NCBI GenBank assembly: GCA_963772725.1
Contig: CAVYYI010000001.1
Location: forward strand, 1,024,001-1,088,000
Direction of reading: 5' to 3'
Length of the DNA stretch: 64,000 bases
Source: an uncultured Phycisphaerales bacterium
Lineage (GTDB): Bacteria; Planctomycetota; Phycisphaerae; Sedimentisphaerales; Anaerobacaceae
This document shows, in pieces, positions 54,170 to 64,000 of the stretch. A program made the translations under genes and the position numbers. The notes beneath the pieces were generated by a model. It was not told the DNA's origin, ran no database searches, and saw only the letters and a program-made list of their open reading frames with translations. Positions within the stretch are counted from its first letter, which is position 1; each line of letters begins with the position of its first letter.

Positions 54170-56753
54170 TCATACCTTTTTGAAAATAAATTTGTGCTGG
54201 TCGGCGTCAATTTTTATCGTATCGCCATCAGAGAAATTTCCCGCGAGAAGTTCATTGGCCAGAGAGTTTTCAATTCGCTGCTGAATGGTTCGTTTTAAAG
54301 GTCTTGCTCCAAAGACAGGGTCGAAACCCTCATCCATAATCAGCTTGCGGGCGTTGTCTGTGAATTCAATTGTGAGTCTGCGGTCTTTAAGACGGTTAGC
54401 CAGATAGCTAAGCTGAATATCGACAATCCTGCCCAAATCATCTTTGGTAAGCATATGAAAAACAATTATTTCATCGATTCGGTTCAGGAACTCGGGTTTG
54501 AAGTATTGCTTAAGAGCGTCTTTAACGTGAGCCTCGATTTCCCAGTCCGCCCCGGACTTTTCAGTCATTTCCTGAATTTGCTGGCTGGCGATGTTGCTGG
54601 TCATAATAATGACGGTGTTTTTGAAATCAACCGTTCGGCCCTTTCCATCGGTCAGACGTCCGTCATCGAAAACCTGCAGCAGAACATTAAACACATCTGG
54701 ATGAGCCTTTTCAATTTCATCGAGCAGAATGACCGAATATGGTTTACGCCGAACAGCTTCGGTCAGTCGTCCGCCTTCTTCATAGCCAATATAGCCCGGC
54801 GGTGCGCCTATAAGCCTCGCTACCGAATGCTGCTCCATAAACTCGCTCATATCGATGCGCACCATCGCGTTGGGGTCGTTAAACAGAAAATCTGCCAGCG
54901 CCTTTGAAAGTTCAGTTTTACCTACGCCTGTCGGCCCGAGGAAAAGAAAAATCCCGATAGGCCGATTCGGGTCGCCAAGCCCCGCCCGATTTCTGCGAAC
55001 CGCGTTACAAAGAGCGGCAATGGCTTCATCCTGGCCTACTACACGTTTGTGAATTGCATCTTCCATCTTTGTCAGCCGTTCACGCTCGCCGCTGAGAAGT
55101 CTGCGCAACAGGGATTCCCGTCCATTTAGATACAATCTGGGCGATATGCTCTTCGGTTACTTCGTTGCGAACAATCTGGCCGTTGGATGATTTAGTGAGT
55201 TGTGCTTCTTTTTTCGCGAGTTCTTTTTTCAAATCGGCAATTGTGCCGTATTTAAGCCTGGCGGCCATTTCGAGTTCCCCCTTTCGCTGCGCATCCTCAA
55301 ATTGGTTTTGCGCCTCTTCTATTTTCTGTTTCAGCTCTTTTATGGAGTCGATTTCGCCCTTATCTTTCTCCCACTGAGCGGTAAGTTCTTTATCCTGCTT
55401 TTGGAGTGAAGCAAGCTGTTTTTCAGTATTTTTCAGGCGTTCCTTGCTGGCGTTATCCGTCTCTTTTTTCAAAGCCTCCCGCTCAATCTGAAGCTGAATT
55501 ATTTTTCGCCGAATATCATCGAGCTCGGCTGGCAGGGAATCATTTTCGATTCTGCAGCCTCGATGCCGCCTCATCGATCAGGTCTATCGCCTTATCAGGC
55601 AGCCACCGGTCGGTAATATAGCGGTTTGACAATGTCGCCGCCGCCACAAGCGCCGAATCCGTAATTCGCACGCCGTGATGAGTATCATAGCGGTCTTTTA
55701 GTCCGCGAAGAATTGCGATGGTTTCTTCAACGCTTGGCGGATCAACCATGATCGGCTGAAAACGTCTCTCAAGGGCGGCGTCTTTTTCAACGTATTTCCG
55801 GTATTCATCGAGAGTCGTCGCGCCTATACATCGCAATTCACCGCGTGCCAGCGATGGTTTGAGCAAATTGCCCGCATCGACCGCGCCTTCGGCCTTGCCG
55901 GCGCCTACAACAGTGTGCAGCTCATCAATAAAAAGAATTATCTGCCCCTCGTGCAGCGATAACTTCCTTGAGAACAGCCTTGAAACGGTCCTCAAATTCG
56001 CCTCTGAATTTCGTTCCGGCAATCAACGCGCCCATATCCAGCGCGATAATTCTTTTATTTTTCAAACCGATAGGGACATCGCCGGCGATTATGCGCTGTG
56101 CCAGCCCCTCGACTATCGCGGTTTTACCAACGCCCGGCTCGCCAATCAGCACAGGATTATTTTTGGTTCTGCGGTTAAGAACCTGCATGCAACGGCGTAT
56201 TTCCTCATCTCGCCCGATAACAGGGTCAAGCTTGCCTTTACGCGCCAGCTCAAGAAGGTCGATACCATAACGTTCAAGTGCCTTGTATTTATCTTCCGGA
56301 TTCTGGTCGGTTATTTTTTCTCCGCCGCGAATTTCCTTCATCGCGATTTCAATTTGCTCCGTTGAGACGGAATTTAATCGCAGAATTTCTTTTGCGTCGC
56401 TTTCAATTGATGCCAGCGAAAGAAACAGATGCTCAACGCTGAGATACTCATCGCCCATTTTGTCCGCACGATTTTGAGCATCGAGGACAATCTGATTCAG
56501 GGCGGCATCCGGCATAAGCTGGCCGCCCTTGCCCTGCGGCAGACGATTCAATTCAGCCTCGGTCATACTTTTAATCTGTCCGATATTCGAGCCGATTTTT
56601 CTGCAGTGCCATTACCGCGATGCTTTCCTGGTCGTCGCATACGGCTTTTAACAGGTGCAGCGGCGACAGAACGGTATTAGATTTGGCCATCGCAATCTGC
56701 TGCGCCGTTGCCAACGCCTCTTGTGCCTTTAATGTAAATTTGTCAAATTTCAT
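54170..56753 (-). CDS. clpB: ATP-dependent chaperone ClpB (several frameshifts)
   Basis: Clp N-domain, [28 protein letters not shown], coiled-coil middle domain, [22 protein letters not shown]. Confidence 0.95.
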
Positions 56754-56793
56754 CTTGTATCCTCTTTAAAAAACCTTTTACTTTATCAAAAAT

Positions 56794-56810
56794 AGCAAAC
56801 GGCGTGCCTG
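56794..56810 (-). promoter_or_regulatory. Sigma54 (-24/-12) promoter of clpB
   Basis: Minus strand CAGGCACGCCGTTTGCT = GG-N10-GC, close to consensus TGGCACG-N4-TTGCW. Confidence 0.75.
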
Positions 56811-56837
56811 AACTCCCCAAATACGCAAGTGCCTTAT

Positions 56838-56850
56838 AATCAATAACTTA
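56838..56850 (+). promoter_or_regulatory. IHF binding site
   Basis: AATCAA-TAAC-TTA matches WATCAANNNNTTR, between the sigma54 site and the candidate enhancer. Confidence 0.6.
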
Positions 56851-56875
56851 TCGTTATCGCCAAAATTAAATAGAG

Positions 56876-56899
56876 TGCCATTTCGGCAGTTATATGGCA
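56876..56899. promoter_or_regulatory. Candidate upstream activator sequence for a sigma54 enhancer-binding protein
   Basis: TGCC-ATTTC-GGCA palindrome plus an extra TGGCA half-site. Confidence 0.45.
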
Positions 56900-56905
56900 A
56901 CCTTA

Positions 56906-58639
56906 TTAATCCTTGAGCAACAATTTTCTGTTATTGCTCCGCGTTTCACCTTCGGCGGAGACTCTAACAGCCTTCAAGCCGCTCACAGGACATTCATGCT
57001 CGCAGATGCCACAGCCGATGCACTTTTCAATATCAACATAAGGCTTCTGCAGTCGCACCTGAATTTCGATTTTCCCGCCGCTGGGCAGTTTTGTCTTCCC
57101 ATCGTTTTGCACAGACAAAGAGTTTACCGTATTTGCCGTAATTTTATATCTCTGTCCATCGATAAAACAGTAGTAATCGCCGCTGCCAAAATAATCGGCC
57201 TTCAACGGTTCAGCAACAGTAATGACATTTTCATCGACGCTCTTAACCATTACAACGCCGTCTCTTACTGTATAAACCGTTTCGACTGTATAAATTGCTT
57301 TCGGGCTAACAGGACAGTTTTCCTGGCAGACAATGCAGGGTTTGCTCATCGCCCAGGGAAGGCACCTGTTGCGGTCGAAAAACGCCGTACCTAATTTTAT
57401 CGGGCCGGCGCCGGCGAATTCGCCTGTTCCTCTTTTTTCCGCAAGCGTAATCGGCCTTATCGCCGCTGTCGGGCAGACCTGTCCGCACGCGACACAATTA
57501 AGCTGACAGCCGCTTGAGCCAATACGATTATTCAAGACAGGCGTCCAGATATTTTCCACTCCGCCTTCGATACCCGCGGGCTGAATTACATTCGTCGGGC
57601 AAATCCGCATACATTGGCCGCACTTGATACACCTTTTGAGAAACTCTTCTTCCGCCAGCGCTCCGGGCGGACGAATTACCTTATAATACCAGTTGCTTGT
57701 TAATTTCGCCCCGAGTCTCACCGCGGGCAAAACAAGAATTCCGCTCGCAAGCGACAAGGCAAAGCCTCTTCTCGATATGTCCGGGTCAGTTATCTCCCCT
57801 GCCAGAGATTGAACCGCTTGATAACTAATTACATTGTGTCGGCAGTCATGCAGGCAGTTAAAACACAGAACGCATTCGCTTGTGCGGATATTTCCAGCGG
57901 GTTCACAGCCACCCTCGCAAGCCTTCTCGCACAATTGGCAATTCAGGCATTTATTGGTATTTTTCCCGATTCGCCAGATTGCAAAGCGGTTTATAATTCC
58001 CAAAAGAGCGCCGAGGGGGCAGACGAATCGGCAGTAAAATCGCGGAATAACAAGATTCAGCAGCACCGCCACCAGGAACACAACCAATATTATCCATGCG
58101 CCGTCATAGTTTCTGCCGACTGATGAGATAAAATTAACCGACCTGTCCAGAACCGGCAGCAGTATCAGGTTAAAGCTTCTGCTGACCAGCGGTATCGGGT
58201 CGAGCAGCCCCGTCTGCAAACTCGCCGCAGCCGATGGAAATGCCGCCATCGCGAGAACAAATATCAGTACAAAATATTTTATACATTGAGCTTTGCGGTA
58301 TCTGTTAAGCTCTATTTTTTCGGATGTTTTTTTCAGGCGGTTGCCAAGAAAACCAACGAAATGATGTATCGTGCCAAAAGGACATACCCAGCCGCAAAAG
58401 AATCTGCCGAGAACCATCGTCAGCACAATAGTCGCCAGCGACCAGAGCAAAGGCCAATACAGCGTATGCGCTGTCAAAATTGTCCCCAATGCCACAAGCG
58501 GGTCAAGCTGCAAAAACCAGTTCACAGGCCACCCGCGAATCTGAAACCATTTAACGCCAAGACTGCTGACTATACAGAACCAGACGAACATCGCAAAAAA
58601 GAAAACCTGACTTATTCTTCGTGTATGTACTATTCTCAT
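56906..58639 (-). CDS. Membrane polyferredoxin (NapH/MauN + NapG/MauM-like fusion)
   Basis: GRFFCGWVCPFG, RFYCRFVCPLG, several CxxCxxCxxxCP motifs, IRPPGA, internal SRRGF twin-arginine motif. Confidence 0.9.
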   Translation of the reverse strand: MRIVHTRRISQVFFFAMFVWFCIVSSLGVKWFQIRGWPVNWFLQLDPLVALGTILTAHTLYWPLLWSLATIVLTMVLGRFFCGWVCPFGTIHHFVGFLGNRLKKTSEKIELNRYRKAQCIKYFVLIFVLAMAAFPSAAASLQTGLLDPIPLVSRSFNLILLPVLDRSVNFISSVGRNYDGAWIILVVFLVAVLLNLVIPRFYCRFVCPLGALLGIINRFAIWRIGKNTNKCLNCQLCEKACEGGCEPAGNIRTSECVLCFNCLHDCRHNVISYQAVQSLAGEITDPDISRRGFALSLASGILVLPAVRLGAKLTSNWYYKVIRPPGALAEEEFLKRCIKCGQCMRICPTNVIQPAGIEGGVENIWTPVLNNRIGSSGCQLNCVACGQVCPTAAIRPITLAEKRGTGEFAGAGPIKLGTAFFDRNRCLPWAMSKPCIVCQENCPVSPKAIYTVETVYTVRDGVVMVKSVDENVITVAEPLKADYFGSGDYYCFIDGQRYKITANTVNSLSVQNDGKTKLPSGGKIEIQVRLQKPYVDIEKCIGCGICEHECPVSGLKAVRVSAEGETRSNNRKLLLKD

Positions 58640-58645
58640 AATTTA

Positions 58646-59644
58646 TTAACCTGACGTTTCCATTTTCGTTTTCAGCGATTCCCAGTTTGTCGTTCCTGCA
58701 CCGGCAATTTCCGCCATAGATAGATATGGCAAATCGGCGATTTTCATATCGAGTAATCCGCAGCCGTAAGAATCCGCCGCAACCATATCACAGCTTACAA
58801 TCATGGTATCACCGCGCCTGAGGTCTGATACTGAGCCGCCTGTCGGGCCATTAGTCATCATCACTTCAGTGCCGTCCAGTATAACCAGTGTCGGCTTAAC
58901 CATCATAGCCAGTTCCGCGATTGTGCCATTAATATCCTGATGAAAAATACCACGTTTGCCGCCCAGCAGCCCATACCAGTTCTTCATCGTCATCGAAGCT
59001 CCGCTACAACGATGATTTTTAACCGGCGCAATTCCGATAAGTTTATCCACTTTAACGAACGGCTCAAAAAGAATCGGCCAATTCCTGATGATTTTTCCAT
59101 TTGCCACGGTTGTGTTTCTGAAAAAATTATTTTTCGGCATGACGATTTTGCCGCCGACCTTTTCAACCGCTTTACCTATGCCGCTAATCATAAAACAGCT
59201 TTGCGGGTCGTTGATAGGGTTATCGGTAACAATTACCTCTTTAGCCTGCCCCTCAACAAGGCACAGCCGAACCATCTCCGCTATCACATCCGGATGACTC
59301 GTCGCTCCCAATATAGCAGGCGAAGAAAAAGCAATATTCGGTTTTATCGCGACTACATCGCCTTTTTTAATAAACCGCCCAATGCCGCCAAGTGACTTTA
59401 AAGCGATATTGAGATTTTTAACCCTGTCCCTGCCCTTGACAATACTCATTATATCGCCAACCTGCGGCTTAATGGAAAAATCAGGCAGCGTCACCAGGTT
59501 TTTCGTCTCAAGGTGTGCCGCCGGCCCCCTGCCGTCATAAGCCAGATACGAAACAACTCCCGCCACGGCAACTGAAATGCCGGCTTTACCTATTCGGCCT
59601 ATGAATTCCCGCCTGCACATATTTTTATCAGGCTGTTCTGCCAT
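58646..59644 (-). CDS. DUF362 family protein with twin-arginine signal
   Basis: CRREFI; VAIKPNI, TSHPDV, PVKNH..MTMKNWYG, DMVAADS. Confidence 0.88.
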   Translation of the reverse strand: MAEQPDKNMCRREFIGRIGKAGISVAVAGVVSYLAYDGRGPAAHLETKNLVTLPDFSIKPQVGDIMSIVKGRDRVKNLNIALKSLGGIGRFIKKGDVVAIKPNIAFSSPAILGATSHPDVIAEMVRLCLVEGQAKEVIVTDNPINDPQSCFMISGIGKAVEKVGGKIVMPKNNFFRNTTVANGKIIRNWPILFEPFVKVDKLIGIAPVKNHRCSGASMTMKNWYGLLGGKRGIFHQDINGTIAELAMMVKPTLVILDGTEVMMTNGPTGGSVSDLRRGDTMIVSCDMVAADSYGCGLLDMKIADLPYLSMAEIAGAGTTNWESLKTKMETSG

Positions 59645-59646
59645 TA

Positions 59647-60663
59647 TTATTTTTTCACCTCTTTATTGAGTTTTTCAATCAGGCTCAAAATCAACTTTTC
59701 CGCGGCAGGCTGATTTTCCGCCTCGTGAATACCCGCCACGAACGGCCCTGTTGAAAGAACAATTTCCGTCGTATCATAGAAATTCACAACTTTGCTGTCG
59801 AGACTCGCGGAAGCGGCTTTCTTCGGCGTCCCCCCGTTTTCTATCAGAAAGCTGTAATAACTTTTCGCCATCTCCTGGGCTTCTTTAGCGTCCTTGCGAT
59901 TGCTTAAAAACACTGTTACTTTATTACCATCAATATTATACACTGCTGAAAAAATGTTCGTTAATTTATCGAATCCAAACGCGCTGGAAAGATAAAACTT
60001 TATGCTGCCCGATACCAGATTTTCTTTTCCGAACAACCGCAGTTCGTCAATTTGGTTGGCATTGTCAACCGTGATATTTTTAACAAAGTTCCCCGCTGTT
60101 TGCGTTATCGCTTTAATAAGTTCCGGCGATTCTGAAAATCCAATTATCTCAACATAATACTTACCGTGAGCAAGATATACGGCGTTACCCGCTCTGTACG
60201 CAAAACCCAAATCCGCCAGCGTCTCCGTATCAGGCCTCTGCTGCCCTGTATAAACCGAAAACGCGTTGCGGCCATTAGCCATATCATAGACAAAAACCTC
60301 CATCGCCAAGCTGTCGTCGGCCTTATTGACAAACCGCTGAGTCATCAATTTTTCAAAGCCTGATTGAGTATATTGAGGGGCTTTGCCGTCGATTTTTTCA
60401 TAAAGATTCTCAGAATTGTAAATTTCCGGCTTGGACGGCGGAATAAAACCATCAGGCAAAAAACCGCTGAAAAATACATCATTTTGTTTATCCTGCGGCT
60501 TTTCGGGTGCAGATTGTGTCTCGATTATCCCCATACCGAAACTGTCCATATCATATTTTGACTGTTTTACCAATATCCCCACTCCAGTAATTACAAGAAT
60601 CGCCAAAATGCTGATGCTTATCCCGGTTTCGAGATGTTTTGCCCGGCTGGGAACTGAACCCAT
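59647..60663 (-). CDS. DUF6599-like membrane-anchored periplasmic protein
   Basis: N-terminal TM; NLYEKIDGKAPQY, VFVYDM..NAFSVY; usual neighbour of DUF362 genes. Confidence 0.7.
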   Translation of the reverse strand: MGSVPSRAKHLETGISISILAILVITGVGILVKQSKYDMDSFGMGIIETQSAPEKPQDKQNDVFFSGFLPDGFIPPSKPEIYNSENLYEKIDGKAPQYTQSGFEKLMTQRFVNKADDSLAMEVFVYDMANGRNAFSVYTGQQRPDTETLADLGFAYRAGNAVYLAHGKYYVEIIGFSESPELIKAITQTAGNFVKNITVDNANQIDELRLFGKENLVSGSIKFYLSSAFGFDKLTNIFSAVYNIDGNKVTVFLSNRKDAKEAQEMAKSYYSFLIENGGTPKKAASASLDSKVVNFYDTTEIVLSTGPFVAGIHEAENQPAAEKLILSLIEKLNKEVKK

Positions 60664-60723
60664 TACAAACTCCACAAATCAATTTACTTGACCTTATACC
60701 CAGAACAAAGTATAGTTCTTATA

Positions 60724-60752
60724 AGTATAAACTTTATCAGGTGTTATGTCAA
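60724..60752 (-). promoter_or_regulatory. Sigma70 promoter for the DUF6599 operon
   Basis: Minus strand TTGACA-N17-TATACT. Confidence 0.65.
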
Positions 60753-60774
60753 ATAAATGCTAAGTTATAACTCG

Positions 60775-60804
60775 TTGACTTAATTGTTCTTATTATGCTA
60801 TAAT
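60775..60804 (+). promoter_or_regulatory. Sigma70 promoter for tatAC-dus
   Basis: TTGACT-N18-TATAAT with extended -10 TGn. Confidence 0.65.
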
Positions 60805-60833
60805 AATGCTTATTTAAAGAAAGGGCTTAGAAA

Positions 60834-61097
60834 ATGACTGAATCAATGCCGTATTTACTAATATGGACGCCCCAGGGGATGGATTGGCTGATTATCCTTG
60901 TTGTCGCATTGCTTTTGTTTGGAAAAAGGCTGCCGGAAGTTGCCAGAGGTCTCGGCAGAAGTCTTACCGAATTTAAAAAAGGTCTCAACGAAGCAAAAGA
61001 TGTCAAAGACGATGTTGAGAAAGACGTAAAAAATCTCAAGGATGATGTGGTAAAGCAAACCAAAGACGCTTTTAACGATTCCGATAAAAACACCTGA
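60834..61097 (+). CDS. tatA: Twin-arginine translocase TatA
   Basis: LLLFGKRLPEVARGLGRSLTEFKKG. Confidence 0.92.
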   Translation: MTESMPYLLIWTPQGMDWLIILVVALLLFGKRLPEVARGLGRSLTEFKKGLNEAKDVKDDVEKDVKNLKDDVVKQTKDAFNDSDKNT

Positions 61098-61130
61098 TGA
61101 TTGATACCTCTAATCAATTATCATCTGAAA

Positions 61131-61917
61131 ATGGGCACTTCAAAGAAAAAACATGACCCAAATGATAACCATACTATGACCCTCGGCGAGCACCCTCGAG
61201 GAATTGCGATACAGGCTTATTCTTGCCTTGACCGGGCTGGTTATCGCAATGATTGTCTCACTTATCTTCGGCCAGTACATAATCGCTTTTCTTGAAAAAC
61301 CATACATTAGTGTAATGGGTAAAGACGCTCGATTCCAAATACTTGCTCCCATAGACGGTTTTAACACATATATGGAAATAGCGATGATTGCGGGCATTGT
61401 CTCATCTTCTCCGTGGATTTTTTATCAGTTATGGATGTTCGTCTCTTCGGGGCTTTACCCTCACGAGAAACGTTATATCAATATGGCGATACCTTTTTCC
61501 GCCATACTTTTTGTTACAGGCGCTTTGTTTTTCCTTTTTGTAATTGCCCCTGTTACGCTCAAATTTCTCGTTATGTTCAATAAGGAATTCCTCGGTGCCG
61601 ACTCCAATTTTACCTTTAAGGATTATATATCTTTTGTAAACATAATGATGCTGATTTTTGGTCTGGCCTTTCAGACGCCCATTGCGATTTTCTTTTTAAT
61701 CAAGACCGGTCTTGTCTCCATAGAAACCTTTGGCAAATCCAGAAAGTTTGTCGCCCTCGCGGCCATTATCATATCCGCCGCCGTCATACCAGGCTCCGAC
61801 CCTTTCTCTCTCTTTGGCATGGCAATTCCGTTATACCTGCTTTTTGAACTCGGCGTAGTTCTGGGTTATTTCGCTACTCGCAGAAAAAAACTGCGAACCG
61901 GCACATCAAACCAATAA
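61131..61917 (+). CDS. tatC: Twin-arginine translocase TatC (extra C near 61194)
   Basis: MTLGEH(L)EELRYRL, PWIFYQLWMFVSSGLYPHEK, FGLAFQTP, DPFS..IPLYLLFE. Confidence 0.93.
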
Positions 61918-61935
61918 ATTTTTGAGAGGCCTTTA

Positions 61936-62916
61936 GTGTTAAAACTTGGAAGCATCAATCTGGACGTGCCGTTCTTTCAGGCCTCACTCAGCGGATACAG
62001 TGACTATGCGATGCGTAAACTTGCTTACACATTCGGCTGCCCACTTACCTTCGCAGGTGTAATGCTCGCAAAAAGCGTCATTCACCCCAAAGTCCTCAGG
62101 CACCCTGCGTTCAAACCTCATAACGATGAGCATCCCATCGGCGCCCAGCTTTTAGGGAGACGTCCCGATATTATGGCAAAGGCCGCACGGGAACTGGTTA
62201 ATGCGGGATATGATTTGATTGATTTGAATTTTGCCTGTCCAGCCCCAAAAGTAATTCGCAGACAGCGAGGCGGTTTCCTGCTCAATGAGCCGCAAAACGT
62301 TATCGAGATATATCACGCCGTTCGCCAGGCCGTCAAATGCCCTATCCTTATGAAACTGCGAACAAGCTTTGACGGCTCAAACGATTCAAACGAAAATTTC
62401 TGGCGAATCTGCGAAGAAGCCTCAAACGCCGGTGTCGATGCTCTGATTGTGCATCCGCGAAGTGTGTTGTCTAAATTCACCGGCTTAGCAGACTGGAAGG
62501 TTCTGGCGGAATTAAAGAGGCGATTTCCGAAAACAACAATCATCGGCAGCGGCGATTTATTCGAGCCCGAAATAATCGCCGAGCAGTTGAAAACCAGCGG
62601 CATTGACGGCGTTGTCATTGCCCGTGGAGCTATCGGAAACCCGTGGATTTTCAGAGATTTACGGGCGATTTTGCGTGGCGAGCCGAAACCGCCGCCACCG
62701 ACTGTAACCGAGCAGGGACAGATTGTTCGGCAGCACTTTGAGATGATACTCGAACTTTACGAACCGGGCAAAGCAGTCCGCTATATGCGGAAATTTATGG
62801 TCAATTACTGCAAACTGCACCCACAGCGGAAAAAGGCTCAAAAAACCCTCTTAGCCGCCAAAAATAAATCTGACGTCTTCGCCGCCATCGAACAGTGGTA
62901 CAACGTAAATCCCTAA
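61936..62916 (+). CDS. tRNA-dihydrouridine synthase (DusB-like)
   Basis: IDLNFACPAPKV, MKLR, IVHPR, IGSGDL, ARGAIGNPWIF. Confidence 0.9.
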   Translation: MLKLGSINLDVPFFQASLSGYSDYAMRKLAYTFGCPLTFAGVMLAKSVIHPKVLRHPAFKPHNDEHPIGAQLLGRRPDIMAKAARELVNAGYDLIDLNFACPAPKVIRRQRGGFLLNEPQNVIEIYHAVRQAVKCPILMKLRTSFDGSNDSNENFWRICEEASNAGVDALIVHPRSVLSKFTGLADWKVLAELKRRFPKTTIIGSGDLFEPEIIAEQLKTSGIDGVVIARGAIGNPWIFRDLRAILRGEPKPPPPTVTEQGQIVRQHFEMILELYEPGKAVRYMRKFMVNYCKLHPQRKKAQKTLLAAKNKSDVFAAIEQWYNVNP

Positions 62917-63069
62917 TGCCGACGATTAATTCGGCGTTTGTTACTCGTCGCTCGATAACCGTAAAATATTGCCCATATAGCCAATCTTGTTTAAATTATG
63001 GACAAAAATAAGCGTTTTTGTAAATTTTTTAACGGTGAGTAAAATCGAATTGTTATCATATTTATTGTA

Positions 63070-64000
63070 TTATTCCATCCACAGCCAGTTTTCGCACATT
63101 ATCACAAGGTCGTTCATATCAATAACCCCGTCGCGGTCGATGTCCACAGCAGCAGGGAGATAAGAATCATCCGGGGAACAACCAATCTGGGCGTAATCCA
63201 GAAGGTTAACAAGGCCATCATTATTCAAATCAGCTTTATTTCCAACAGCCGACAGCGAGAAACTTGCCTGTGGCGTATTACCATAAGCTCCCATATTGAC
63301 CCTTTGCCCGTGCGGCCATAGCTCTCTTGTCCAGTCTGAATTTGGGTCGCCGGCATCAATGCAGGGGCTGTTGACATCATCCATTACCCATCTGCCCTGT
63401 TCGTAATGCTCAAGGTAATTCACGCAGAACAGCATCAGGTCGTTATAGTCAACTCTGCCGTTTCTGTCCAGGTCAGCCCTTAGATACGGCTGATAGTAAT
63501 AACCGTACTGGGCGACCCATTGAGGCTCTGTCGTTTTCTGCCATTCGTCCGCGATAATCGCAAAATCGCTCATGTCCATAAAACCATCGCCTGTAGCGTC
63601 CATATAGATAAGCTGATTCTCCTGCCATCTTCCTGCCTGAGATTTTAGATGATAATCGCCTGTAGTCCAGGAGTCGTCGAGAAAACTGGAATTACCGACG
63701 GTATTATTGTCATTGTAAATGCCCAGCCTGACAAAACACGGGTCGGATTCAAGATTATTAAGTCCCCAGATAATATTGCAGTCGTTAGGTGCAGCAGCGC
63801 CAAGGCCGCCTTTAAGAGCAGAGCAGTCGATATTAAGGCTCACATTTTGGGAATAATCCGGAGGAATATTTACCTCAGAAATATTACTATCGCTTTTGTT
63901 CCAGATAATCGAATCTTTAATTGTGACATCTAAATATGGTGGATAAGGGTTAAACTGACCATTTGCAATTATTATGCCGGCTGCGGAAGGTGAGGGGTAA
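63070..64000 (-). CDS. Dockerin-repeat-containing secreted protein, C-terminal part (runs off window)
   Basis: Frame open to window edge (..DVTIKDSIIWN..); DYHL, SPCIDAGDP, RVNMGAYG; repeated ADLDRNGRVD / ADLNNDGLVN / DIDRDGVID Ca-binding motifs. Confidence 0.8.
   Translation of the reverse strand, partial: YPSPSAAGIIIANGQFNPYPPYLDVTIKDSIIWNKSDSNISEVNIPPDYSQNVSLNIDCSALKGGLGAAAPNDCNIIWGLNNLESDPCFVRLGIYNDNNTVGNSSFLDDSWTTGDYHLKSQAGRWQENQLIYMDATGDGFMDMSDFAIIADEWQKTTEPQWVAQYGYYYQPYLRADLDRNGRVDYNDLMLFCVNYLEHYEQGRWVMDDVNSPCIDAGDPNSDWTRELWPHGQRVNMGAYGNTPQASFSLSAVGNKADLNNDGLVNLLDYAQIGCSPDDSYLPAAVDIDRDGVIDMNDLVIMCENWLWME

Overview
A 64-kb bacterial chromosomal segment. Gene content and protein style (dockerin-type secreted protein, expanded ECF/anti-sigma pairs, PilM-cluster architecture, D/E-P-N-rich exported proteins) suggest an anaerobic planctomycete such as Phycisphaerae/Sedimentisphaerales; this is inference, not a database result. 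In order it holds: a partial GH2 beta-mannosidase; a minus-strand pilM(N)-type operon; mtaB; a gspDEFGHIJKLM-like type II secretion operon; two GT-C-like membrane proteins and a flippase-like gene; two tandem Tat-signal aldo/keto reductases; rfaD, tyrS and a small toxin-antitoxin-like pair; two inverted IS630 copies enclosing a YtrA/ABC operon and secA; two ECF/anti-sigma modules; an IS5; a phage-replication-gene remnant; a lipoprotein rubrerythrin; manA, a wecA-like gene and an ATP-grasp gene; marR and a TPR protein; clpB with a sigma54 promoter; a DUF6599-DUF362-polyferredoxin operon divergent from tatAC-dus; and a partial dockerin-type protein. Many core genes carry 1-bp indels, most likely long-read consensus errors, so I joined the split ORFs. 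The best candidate for an undescribed system is a recurrent [DE]-[PA]-N motif in exported proteins, next to GT-C/flippase genes (possible lineage-specific protein modification). I saw no CRISPR array, tRNA or rRNA by eye.
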